From contig OZ316897.1 in assembly GCA_973895155.1 (NCBI GenBank), forward strand, positions 23,287,455 through 23,351,454: a stretch of DNA of 64,000 bases, written 5' to 3'. The notes beneath the pieces were generated by a model. It ran no database searches and was not told the DNA's origin. It was given only the letters and a program-made list of their open reading frames with translations. The position numbers and the translations under genes were made by a program. The first letter of the stretch is position 1; each line of letters starts with the position of its first letter. Of the stretch, positions 49,536-61,640 are shown piece after piece. The DNA is from Marsupella aquatica (taxonomy: Eukaryota > Plantae > Marchantiophyta).

Positions 49536-52354
49536 CAAGTGCAACAAATACAACTCTTAGAAAGAAAACCAAATTTGAACTTTGGACTGAGATTGTCTCA
49601 GTCCAAAAATACAAGACAATGACTAACAACAAAGAAAACCTACATACCATTTTTAGAAGCCCCAAAGAGCGTAGGTGGATATCGAGGCTCTAATTGCTGA
49701 CCGCATTCTGTGAGACCGAGAAGTATTTTAGATTGGTATGAAAAAATGGAAAGTCAGACGGTTTGATCTCAGTCTGAAAAAAGAGATCCGTATTCATCAA
49801 TAATGTCAACACCCAGCTCCTCTTGGATTTCAAAATTGACATCTGAAGTACTTTGTTCTACCCAATAAGGTGACGTCCAAACAGGAGTTATCAATCCCAA
49901 TTCTCCTCTCTTATACTCCTTCCTGTTAAGAATCGATGGAGCAGCATCCAATGAAACTTCTTGGCCTCTATTTGGCCCACTTTTCCACACATAACATCGT
50001 GCATCACGTTCAAGTGACCTCCATCTGGTTGATCCAACTCTATTCCCTTTTTTCTTTGAGAGAGGAAGGACAACTGGACTTCCCGAGTGTGAACGAACAA
50101 AAACCAATTTGTCATCAGAAGCTGAAAAGAGTGTGTCAGGACAAATTGAAGCACCTGCCTGGTTGTCAACAGTCGCTGATGCACGGGCTTCTGGGGTCAT
50201 GGGAATCTCACGTACTTCGACAGCCGTCCCGGGAATCAAATTTTGGGTGTCAGCTTCATTCGAATTGACCTGTCTGTCTCCACCGTCCGCGACCAAATTG
50301 GTTGACGAACGATTTTCAAATGTATCAATGTCAATCGGATCACCAATTCCGTCCGTTTCTCGTTGCACCACATTTGGATTGAGACCATCCTTGTCCAAGT
50401 TGTCATCAACCTCAACTTCATAGGGTTCCAAAGGGACGTCATCTGCACGTGATGAAGGGCGTGGTGCAAGACCAAGGTTATCATCAACATCGTAGGGTTC
50501 TATGCTTTCACTTTGACCTACACGGTCATCCAAATTCTTTGCATACGCCACCTCTGATGCCCCATCATCTTTGACTGACTTAGCGCCCACTTCTTCGGAA
50601 TTATCAGCTGATTCATGTTCGGTAGAAACATCCGTAATAGTGGGTTTCCAATGCCTAGAACTCCCACCACGAGGATCCCAATTTTCCTTGATTGAGGGGA
50701 CCCTCTCGCAAAGGAATGAAGCATACGCTTCCACAAAGTGTCTCTCATCTTGAGAGTCATAATAAACAAAGCATTCGCGTTGCACCAAGAATGCTGTCTT
50801 CATCACTTGACCACCCGAGAAAAAATCAAGAATCAAGTCTCCAGCTTCTGACAAGGATTCAATAATCCTCTGTATCATCCGCGTGGGTTTGGCATGTGGA
50901 TTCACCCAACCACCACGAGCACCAACTATCTCAAATCGAGGGGCCATGTGCAAAACCTTGGTCGCCTCTTCTGGGGTCAGCATCATTTTTAGATCTTCGG
51001 GTTTTGACACGTCGTCTGTGTCAACCTTTGCCTTCCCAGTGTCAATCTTGGTGACCTCAAAATCAGTATCTTTTGAACCAAAAAAGAATTTTGGCTTTGG
51101 ATGATTGGGTTTGAAAACATCATTCCAATTCACATTTTCATCTCGAGAAATTCCTGCGAATATAACTTCTTCAATTCCGCCTCCCCAACACGAATCAAGC
51201 GGGTGCGGTTGATCCTCTCGAGAATAACTCCCATACTCAATGTGAATGGTGAGAGATTTCTCTTGTCCCAATTTTCGAAGTGAGCTTAGGACATTCATTG
51301 CAAGAGGCCCCGAATGAACAGTTATGGCTACAACGATTGTAAGATTTCGTGGTAGCTCCACAATGTATTGCAGAAAGACCAAAACTTCTGCTTCCGTCCA
51401 CAGCTTCTGGTGATCTCGACTGAAGTCAACAATGGCAAGTGAGCACGTTGGAGATGATTCTTCTATTGCTGGTGGATCAACTGTTTTCATTAGATTGTCA
51501 CTAAAGAACGTGACCCACGGTTGGCTCCGAGAATGTGTCCCTCCGCCAAACTTCTGGCAATAAATGTCATCAAGGCGCATCACCAGAGCTATTGGCAAGA
51601 TTGCACTCTCCCTGGTATGATTTGGCTTCAACAGATTTGACAAAAAAACTTCACCAGCCGCTCTTCTGCATCTACTGAATTCTGCGTCAACACTCAACAA
51701 TGGCAGAACCTCTACAACTTTCTTCCAATCGGTATCCGAAGGGAAATTCCTTGGATCCTTGCCGAAGTAGTACTCCTCAATGAGAGACTTGAGCTTCCTC
51801 ACTTTTTTCACATCCTTCGCAAGCTCCTCTATTGAGGGTATGTCAGATTTATTTGTGGCATCTTTCTTCAGCAATGCCTTTCCTGACTTCACTTGTGTCA
51901 GGATTTTTGTGATGTCTTTCTGTGAGATCAACTCACCATCAAAGGGACGAAACATGGCAACGGTAATTGCTTTTTCGGAGTTGTTATTTCCTTCCATCCC
52001 AGCTCCATCAGGAAGTTTCCCATGCAACCACATCTCACAGACTAACCGCCACAACTCAAAAAGATCGTTGTCCGCAAAAAGTAGCCAGTATACATTTCGC
52101 AAGTCCTTCCTGCCCATAGTCATTCTTGCCAGAGCCAACCAATCCTACAATCCAAAAGGAAAGCTAGTCAGTTATCCCCAACGCAAGGGTTGGAAAAAAA
52201 GGATTCTAATGTGCGATAATAGTATTGGATTCGGATGGTCTCAATCAAAAACAAAACTCGTACTAAACATTCCAAAAGTTCCAATACTCTTTGACAAATC
52301 GTGTCGGACTGAGACCATCCGAATCCAAAATAGAATTACTCTCTATGGTAGAGA

Positions 52355-55300
52355 TGTGGTGCGTCCCATGGCTCCCTAAACCCAAGAAACCCCCCAGCTC
52401 AAGCCGATTCCCGCAGGTTTCGTGCTTGGCGAGGCCGTTTCCGCGGCTTAGCGGCATGGGACGCTGCTAACCTTCTACTACTACTATTAACATTTTACAC
52501 ACATATACTGGACAGATCCTTCATCGGGTCATGAGATACGTAGCCGGCCTAATATAGGCCTTCCCCTGTCTTCCCCTGTCTTCTTGTTAGGTATGTTTGG
52601 ATTCCGCCGCCGGAATGATCCCCAATAGGCTTGGTTAAGCCGCTAAGACCTCTCTCAGCTCGACACATCCAACTCTCACTCCCCTGCTTACTTTCCTTCC
52701 TTCTGTTGATGTGGGCACTCTTCACACAAGTTAATGCGACACACAAATAGCAAAATGACTCATTCTGACTGAGTCATACCATGCACTTGCCATACAAACA
52801 GTACATCTCATACACAAGTTCTGCGAACTAAGCCGTGAGGCCAACTCTATTCAGCTCTTAGGCATGAGGAAACATGAATATACACAAGGGTCACTGTATG
52901 ACTAACCGAGAGCTTCTCGTACTACTTGATCCCAGCCCGGCTGGTGCAAACTAAAAACTTGCTAAAGAAGAGGCCCTGAGCTCCCCGCTGCCCAGGTACT
53001 TATCCTGGTAGTGGATCCGCCATTCTTTGCATCGTAAGCCTAATCTACCTGACAGTAATCTACTTGCCCGAATCTACCTATGTACAACAAGGCAGGAGCA
53101 CAAGTGTTGCTCCTACCAGTGGGACCGCAATCCCACTAAGCTAAGTGTCAGGGCCGCTCCTGGTTCTGATCCTAATCCTAAACGTGGAGATCCGTGCCCG
53201 CCCTGCCCACTCACGCCTCCTCCCTCCACGTCCGCCCTCCCTAAAAGGAACGGCGCCCTTGCACCGTCACGACACCGGTGGTGGATCCTCAATGGACGCC
53301 CCCAACACTTCCTCCTCAGCCACTACCGTTGGCCCGCCTACTGACAGATTACCTGCCCTTGACCGAGTCAACTCTCCATCGGCCTGACTGGGTCCACCTT
53401 CGGCTTCAGCCTCAACACCGGCCTCGGCAATACCCACGGCTTCGGCCTCAGCCACTCCCACGGCTTTGGCCTCCCCTTCCCCTAGGGTAGTTGGATCCTT
53501 AGCCGTGACCCTGTCTGGGGTCGGTGCTGGGTCTACCTCCTTGATCACCACGGCCTGTGAAGTCGTATTACTCCTTGACCCTGAAGGTTTCCGCTTCTTC
53601 TTCGTTGGTGGCTCGGCAGCTGGTCCCTTCCCCTTCCCACTTACTTCCGGCACTGGTGCAGGTGGCGCGGCTTGTCCTTCGGCAATTACCACCCCTGGTA
53701 ACTGGTTTGTCCCAACGGGAGATGGACCTGCTGCAGCTAAGCATTTAAATACTGCAGCTTGTTTCTTCAGCCGCTCTGTTTGGTTGTCGGCCCGCCGCTG
53801 TAGGTTCTCCATCTTCCTCGTGATTTCCTCCAACTCCTCTTGGGTTTCATCCAGGTCCTTACGTGCCCCCTCCAGCTCGTTTTTGGCCTCCTCCTGCTCC
53901 CTGTGGGCTTCCTCCAATTCCTTCTTCAAGGTAGCCCTCTCCTCCTGGGTTGCTCTTAGCTCCTTGTCGAGCTCTGCAATGATGACAGACTCCATCTGGT
54001 TCATCTTGGCGTAAGTCTGTTCGAGCATCTCGTCCTTCTCCCTTAGGTCGGCCTTGAAGCTGGCCGTCAGGGACGCAAGCTCCTGCTGCAGCGCCATAAT
54101 CCCTTGATAGGATTTCCCTAACTCGACCTCCTTCTGCTCAAGGGCTCCGCGGATTTTCTCGAGCTCCCCTTTCAACGCCCATTCCTTTCTTTGGGTCTCC
54201 GCCATGGCCCGGCTGTTGGCTGTTATGTGGGCCTCCTCTGTATTCTTCAGCTCTTGCTTCCACTTCTCCCTCTCTTTGATCGTGTCGGCCAACTCTTCCT
54301 GCGTCTGAGTCAGTTTATCCTTGATATTCTGATTATCAGCCTGCGCGGCGTCCAACTGCCCCTGCATGATGTTCAGCTCATGTCGTTTAATCCGCAGTTC
54401 ATCCAGGGCTTTCTTGGCCGCCCTTAGATCTTCAATCTCAGCTTCCATCCTCCTAAGCCGTCGAATGACCTCGTCCTTCTTGCTTCTCTCTAAAGCCACC
54501 GCTTCTTCTAATTGGTGCTTCTCCAACTGCTCCCTATGGAAAAAGGGTCCTATCTCCAACTCCTCTCCAAAGATGCCGAGCGCAAGTTCCCCACACATCT
54601 CACCATACTCCATGGCTCTATTCTTAGCGTAGGTGGAGTAAGTAGAAGTGATCGGCATCGCCCATCGTGGCCTCTGCTCCCAAGCCGTCCTGCGGATCTC
54701 TTCAATCGTGGCTAGAGGTTTGCTTCCTTTTTCGGCTAGCCGCCTGATGTCCTCCGGCCAATCTCCTCCTGGTAAATCCTTTTCCTTAGCCAGGGCGGCC
54801 TCTTCCTCCTGCTTGATTCGCTCCTGAAATTCCTGCACCGTCTGTTTTATGCCGTCGAAGCTCGGGGGAGCAACATCTGGTGGGGGAGACTCAGGGCTAC
54901 TCTGCTGGTTGGGGTCCCCTCGCACTACCCTTGGAAGTGTGGGGACAAACCGGCCACAGGTCCTTACTCCTGGAACGTGATGGTCCGACCCATAGCCGGA
55001 ATTATCATGGCTGCAGTCCTCCACTGCCTCCTCTACCTCTTGGACGTCCGGCTTCTCCCTCTCCTCTTCGTCGGTAGGAGCTTCAGGCAATTCTGCCTCA
55101 GATTCGGAGCTTGAGGTTCCCACGTACATTCGAACACCTGGCTTGGATTCCGGCCTGATTCTCTCCTTGTTTCCAGCAAAGGGGTTTTCTCTTGTGAGCC
55201 GGTGTAGGCCTACCTCTGTAGTAGTGTCCTGCATTGTTGCCGTTGCCGTTGTTGTTGCCGATGCCGATTTCTTTTCTTTCTCCAGTAGTTTCAGCAGACT

Positions 55301-56981
55301 CTGCATGCCTGGTTGCTGCATCGGCAAGTCTTCCTTCCTGGGCCTAAACACCTGCTCGATCGTAGGACTAACAGGTGGTTGAGGTTTCTCAGCCAACGGC
55401 CTCGGCGTTGGAGCTTCCTCGGGTGCCCTTACCTGCAGGGGAAGTACCGGGGCAAAAGTCTGACCTCTGGCATACCGGCACAACAGCGGCATGTGATAGC
55501 CAAGCCGCGACACGCTCCCCATGCCGATTACCTGCTGCTCCTCCTTTAAGATCTTCTTCAATTGGTTGAGGAGGTACCCGTTGTAGTCCCGGCTTGGGTC
55601 TGGCCTTTCTGCCAGATAGACCTGTGCCTTGCCGATCTCTGCCCTCGGCAAGTTACAATGCATGGTCACCCGCAAGAAGTCGATCATCTCTCCTATGTGC
55701 GGGTTGGTGCAGGTGTTCCGGAAGAAGCCATTCTTCGTTGATGGCCCGGGGAACGACCGGAACTCCTTGTCAGGCAAGGTCTTCCTGGTATCAACTTTGG
55801 TCTTATTGCCTATCGGCAGGCCAAACACTTCGGCAATTACCTTGGGAGTAAGATAGAAATCCCTCCCATATATCCTCGTGCAATTGGTCTCGGGTTCCCA
55901 TGACCCCACGAATTCTAATAGGTCTGACTCCGGTAACTCCGGCTTCAGCCATGGTAATCTTACAAAGGCCTCCAAGCCGGATCCGGCCATGAAGCCTTGG
56001 TACTTCTTGGTCTGCATGGCCGTAAAGCATGCATCCTCCTCCCGTGCAAAATGTAGTTGCACCTCCACCGATAGGGTTGCCGCCCAGCCCTTCCAGGTGT
56101 CATCCCTGGTTGGAATGGCCTTGATGGGATCGACCTCCTCCTCTTCGGCTTCTCCCTGCCTCCTGCTCTGCTGCTCGGCTGGCTTCTTTGGTGCCGCCGA
56201 CCTCGTTCTTTTTGCCGGGGTGGCTTCATCGTTGACGGCTCCCTTCCTCTTCATCTCTGCTGCCGTGGAGGTTTCTCCTAGCACCGTTGCCTGGGTCCAC
56301 CTTTCCGTGCTACCCTTTAATTCCCAGTGTATGTCGTTGCAGTTCTTGATGGCCTCTCGGATGCCGACGACGCTGTCTTTGCAAAACAGAAGATCGTCGA
56401 GTTGATTGGAAGTAGGCGTCCACAGGAACTCGTCCTTGATGAGTTCGCCTCCTAAGAAAGCCGTCTTCTACAGCTCCCACAATCGAGCGAGCTCCTGCCG
56501 TTCTCGAGCTGCCCTTTCTGACTCCTCGTCCTCGTAAGTCTTGATGTACTCAGTTGCCCGTTCGAACAGGCATCCCCAGAAATGTGTCGCTTGATTGACG
56601 TTGCTCATACCCTCCTTAGGTCGATCGTCGGTATCTACTCTCTCCCCGAGTGCTTGCCTAAGCAGCTGACAGTAGTTGGCCTCCCGTAGTCGTCTGCCTA
56701 GTTCGTGCTCGCAAATGAGCCACCATCTCCTGCAAGCGCTCCTTACTCCTCTCCTCTGCCGGTCCTTCTTCCCGTTGATCCTTCCTAGCCGCCGACGCTT
56801 AACGCGCCCTAACCCTAATCGGGTTTTCACCCTTAGCCTTACCTCCGGCCTCTGCCCGGGTTCCATGGTTGCCCCTAATTGTTTATATTTTCCTTGTTTT
56901 GTCACTATACTAAGGTGTTCCTAGGGTGCCTTCCTGCTTTACCCACTTAACCGGCCGAGTGATTCCTGTCTAGGCATCACA
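52355..56981 (-). mobile_element. Family A copy 4 (4627 bp), TG...CA, TSD AGAGA, inserted in intron 2 of ParB-MTase gene 2
   Basis: AGAGA at 52350-52354 and 56982-56986. Nearly identical to copy 2. Its ORF (56866-53267) has one TAG at 56468. Confidence 0.95.
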
Positions 56982-58721
56982 AGAGAAATGCATACAAAGT
57001 AATCACATTTCTTACCTGAAATTTTTGGTTGTCTTGAGCATTTGTTTTGTTGTCGCCATGTTTTGGTTTGTCTGGATTTCCACATTCAACAAACTGCCGC
57101 CTCGCATGGACAACTGTATCTTTAAAGCAAGACTGAAACACCATCGTGCTATTGATGGCGTTCGATCTCATGGAGTGCTCAACAAGAATTGAAGACGGTG
57201 TGCGATCAGACAATATTCTGGATTTCCTGAATTCTAACTTCTTGGCCAACTGGGTGAGCTTGGCATCCTTTGTTGCCCAATCACGAATCCATCTCGCAGC
57301 TCTCGTAGAGTGCTGACCACTAACGGCTAGAAATTGGACCTCGCCCTTTTTCACTCCGGCCAAAAAATCCTTCCGGTCCGACTCTGTATTCTCAAAGTGG
57401 AGTACCTTTCTTCGCTCGACGTTAAAAGGAATCAAATCAGCGACATGTGGCTCATGCCCAGGTGTTTTGATCATGGAATCAGCAATGTCTTGCACATGAT
57501 CAAAATTCATCATCCGATAGCATAGTCTCGCTGGTGCGGCAAAAATACTTTCAACTGGGATCAGAAAAATTTCGTTTATCCCAAAAGTATAGTACTGCTC
57601 CATTTGTTGAAGAACTTCATTCCCTTCTAAGACGTCTTTCTCCTCTGGAGCATGTAGCCTATCACCCTCATCTTCAGCATGTAATGAAAAATCTACAGGA
57701 GTTGAATTCACAACTCCGGTGTCGGTTTTTTGTTTCTTCTTCTCCCTCGACTTCTTCTCGGCTGGAAGCTTCTTCTTCTCGGTTGGAAGCTTCTTCTTCT
57801 CGGCTGGAGCCGTGATCTTCTTCTCAACTGAAGTAGGTTTCTCAACCAGAAGCTTCTTCTCCCTCTGCTTTCGCTTCCCTGCCGCTCTATCCATGGTTGT
57901 TGCTGCAGTAGTTTGTGTTGTCTCCGTCGTAGTTGCTGGAGTTCCTTTGGCTGGCGTAGACTCAATTATTTTCTATGGTTGTGTACTTTTCCTCAACTTC
58001 ACCAAAGACTCTACCCATAGATTTGCTTTTTCCAGGTCAAGCGTGTGTGCAAAGGCTAGTGCCTTGGCGATCCAAACATTTGAGTCTGGTGACACCAGAC
58101 CTGCTTTCTCAAGCAAATTGTTAAGAGTCCATGTGGATGGAAAAGAGAACTTTGATGGGTTGTTTACAATGTTGAGTTTCAAATAAAGAAACCCATAAAA
58201 AATGTCCAAAGGAAGCATTCCCTTCAGTCCTCCAATAATCTTCTCCTTTGTGTAGGATTTTGGAAAGAATCCCATCGACAACACACTTAATTCCCCACTT
58301 GCATACCATTCCACATTGAACTCGGCCGAGAAAGCCTTTGTGGGGAGCTGCAACTTTGCCCACCTCATCGTGTCCGACACCTCTACAATGATAGAATTCA
58401 TTCCTCTTCCTATCATTCCCACAGAGACCACGGGTCCGATGACCAATGTTTGGTTGTTGCCTGTCCTGATCTTGACACATAACACTGGATCCTGAATGTT
58501 AAATGAATTCAGGCGGAAGTTAACTCGCGAGAACTCAAGTCCCTACCGAAATCCTGGATCGCGGTCCTCCAAAATGAGCCCATCGTCGCAGTCTGCCTCT
58601 GAAATGGCAAGAGTTGTATTCACCAGATCACTCTCTGCATAGGAGAGTGAAAATTCATATTAGACTTCAAATCCATGAAATTTGTTTTAAGAAATCACTG
58701 TCAAAGTGAGATTGAAGGCTC

Positions 58722-59295
58722 TTGGATTCGGACCATCCGAATCCAATACAAGAAGCCCACTTGGATTCGGATGGTCCGAATCCAAACAACCCTCTTAGAT
58801 TCGGACCATCTGAATCCAATCAAGCCACTTGGATTCGGATGGTCCGAATCCAAACAACCCTCTTGGATTCAGACCATCCGAATCCAATCAAGCCACTTGG
58901 ATTCAGACCATCCAAATCCAAACAACCCACTTGGATTCGGATGGTCCGAATCCAAACAACCCTCTTGGATTTGGATGGTCCGAATTTAAACAACCCTCTT
59001 AGATTCAGACCATCCGAATCCAAACAACCCACTTGGATTCGGATGGTCCAAATCCAAACAACGCTCTTGGATTCGGACCATCCAAATCCAAACAACCCAC
59101 TTGGATTCGGATGGTCCAAATCCAAACAACCCTCTTGGATTTGGATGGTCCGAATTTAAACAACCCTCTTAGATTCAGACCATCCGAATCCAAACAACCC
59201 ACTTGGATTCGGATGGTCCGAATCCAAACAACGCTCTTGGATTCGGATGGTCCGAATCCAAACAATGCTCTTGGATTCGGACCATCCGAATCCAA
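58722..59295. repeat. Array of 17 copies of the 25-bp palindrome TTGGATTCGGA-(CCA/TGG)-TCCGAATCCAA, 34-bp period
   Basis: Copies start at 58722, then 58761 and every 34 bp to 59271. Linkers are 9 bp (acaacccWc-like). Confidence 0.95.
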
Positions 59296-59589
59296 CAACT
59301 TAAGATGCATGAATAAACCTCTGGGAACTTACTTTGGACTTGAGATTGAAATTCTTGGGAATCCCTAAGCGCTAGGGCCACAAGATCACCGACAGAGGAG
59401 AGATCCAAGTCATCAAATTCTTCGGCGAGAAGGACAATGACGGTTTTCTTGGCAACTTCCATTTTTAGGAGTGACACGTGGCAGGATATACTGAGGACAC
59501 GTCAAGATGGGCAAGATCTAGGGCGTTGCAGCAGATTAGGGCAAGAAGGCAATTAGGGCAAGGGCAAGGGATAGCGGCGGCAGCCAGCC

Positions 59590-59720
59590 AAGAGCGAGAG
59601 CGAGGAGCGAGAATGAGGAGCTAGAGCGAGAGCGAGGAGCGAGAGGGAGGAGCTAGAGCGAGAGCGAGGAGCGAGAGGGAGGAGCGAGAGGGAGGAGCGA
59701 GAGTGAGGAGCGACAGAGAG
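59590..59720. repeat. GA-rich low-complexity repeat (gagcgagag/gaggag) in a probable divergent promoter or 5'UTR region
   Basis: Tandem gcgagag variants between the two divergently oriented genes. Confidence 0.7.
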
Positions 59721-60489
59721 AAAACAACAATGAGGTCTGTGGAAGACCTCGTCCTCCCTTTACCCCCTCCTGAAAGGCTTGTTTGCGTACGGATGATCGC
59801 TGCACGGATCATCTCTGTACGGATCATCTCTATACGGATAGAGACCAAGAAGGGATCTGGTCCTATCAGTTTGGGTGGGACGCTAGCTGTATTGTCTAAC
59901 ACAATGGATTGAAAAAGGATTGGATGATTGTTCTAACCGCGATACTCGGTGTTGCCTCAACCTTATCGGATCGCACATTCAGGGCCGAACATACCAACCC
60001 ACGAGTATAAGAGGTACTCTACAGACATCATTGTTGTTTTAGTTTCATATCTTCACTTGGGCATCCAGGTCTGCGCAACTCCTCCTCAGCTCTTCTCTCT
60101 GATGGAGTTTAGACTTGAAGTGACTTTGATAGCTTTCTTAGTCAGATTGATATGAACTTATTCATCAATTTAGAGGTAGCAGAGCCAACCTTGGAGACAT
60201 ACTGGAAAAACAAGACTGCTGAGGTGAGTTATGGTCTTAGTCGCTTTGCTTATTTTGAGTTCTTAGGGAAGAGAGACGAACCCTTTCACTTTGTTCTGCA
60301 TTCTAGTGACTTCCCAATTATTATTTCACGAATTACCCAATGTTCCGAAAAACCCGGAATGTCTAAATTTGATTAGGAAGAGATCTCAATCTCAATATAT
60401 CCATCTCAACATAATCTTCATTGTGGAGTTAGACCATTTGAATCCAGACTTGATGTGTGGATTATAATGGTCCTAATCCTAGATTGTTG

Positions 60490-61550
60490 TTTGGATTTGG
60501 ATGATCCAAATCCAATCCATTTCTAGGATTGGGACCATCTGATCAGATTCCAATCTTGGTTTGGATTCGGATGGTCCGAATCCAAGAGGGTGTGTTGGAT
60601 TCGGACCATCCGAATCCAACCGTGCAATGCTTAAATTGTGACCTTTGGGATCCAATCTCGGTTTGGATTCGGACCATCCCAATCCAAGCGAGATGGTAAA
60701 TACAGTCTGGTTTTTGATTTGGATGGTCCGAATCCAAGAGGGTGTGTTGGATTCGGACCATCCGAATCCAAGCGTGCAATGCTTAAATTGTGGCCTTTGG
60801 GATCCAATCTCGGTTTGGATTCGGACCATCCCAATCCAAGCGAGATGGTTGAATTTGGGCGTTTTAAATACAGTCTGGTTTTGGATTCGGATGGTCCGAA
60901 TCCAAGAGCGTGTGTTGGATTCGGACCATCCGAATCCAAGCGTGCAATGCTTAAATTGTGACCTTTGGGATCCAATCTCAGTTTGGATTCGGACCATCCC
61001 AATCCAAGCGAGATGGTTGAATTTGGGCGTTTGAAATACAGTCTGGTTTTGGATTCGGACCATCCGAATCCAAGTCCGATGCTTAAATTGGGACCTTTGA
61101 AATACAATCTTCGCGCACCATCCCAATCCAAGCCGGTTTGTTGAATTGGGACCTTCGGGATAGAATCTGTGTTTGGATTCGGACCATCCGAATCCAAGAT
61201 GGTGGGTTGGATTCGGACCTTTGAAATACAATCTGGTTTTGGATTCGGACCATCCGAATCCAAGCCCGGTGCTCAAATTGGGACCTTTGAAATAAAATCT
61301 GGGTTTGGATTCAGACCATCCCAATCCAAGCGCGTTTGTTGAATTGGGACCTTTGGGATCCCATCTGGGTTTGGATTCGGACCATCCAAATCCAAGAGGG
61401 TGTGTTGGATAGAGGTTGGTTTGGATTCGGACGATCCCAATTCAAGCGAGATGCTTAAATTTGACCTTCAGAATAAAATCTTCATGGTTTTGATTTGGAC
61501 CACCGGCCCCAATCCAAGCGTGATAGTTGAGCCAATGTTTGGATTCTCAG
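60490..61550. repeat. Second array of the same 25-bp palindrome in higher-order units of about 155-165 bp
   Basis: Roughly twenty ttggattcgga-nnn-tccgaatccaa copies or variants, interleaved with repeated linkers (gcttaaattg, aatacagtctggtttt). Confidence 0.9.
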
Positions 61551-61640
61551 AATGGCAATCAAATGACCGTATGGATAATTGTGAGTCTCTTCAAATTCTT
61601 GTCATTCGGATTTGTGATGGTTTTTCTGAAAATTGTGCAG

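Larger units (their letters stand above)
49769..59462 (-). pseudogene. ParB-like domain plus beta-class DNA methyltransferase-like fusion gene 2 (3 exons, about 1374 aa, two premature TAGs)
   Basis: Exons 59462-59333, 58634-57016 and 52144-49769 join in frame at GT-AG sites. Stops at 58543 and 57973. ParB-like: CYRMMNFDHVQDIADSM..FLAVSGQHSTRAA. MTase-like: SLAIVDFSR, VNPHAKPTRMIQRIIESLSEAGDLILDFFSGG. Confidence 0.75.

Noticed and set aside
42663-52138. Bacterial contamination as the source of the MTase genes
   Set aside because: The genes have spliceosomal introns and are interrupted by the same TE families found around the plant PPR gene.
58722-59295. CRISPR-like array of palindromic repeats
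   Set aside because: Linkers are only 9 bp and near-identical, there are no cas genes, and the context is a eukaryotic intron.
58675-61324. Multiple repetitive ORFs (WIRMVRIQ, GFGWSES)
   Set aside because: They arise from the stop-poor palindrome arrays and are not credible proteins.
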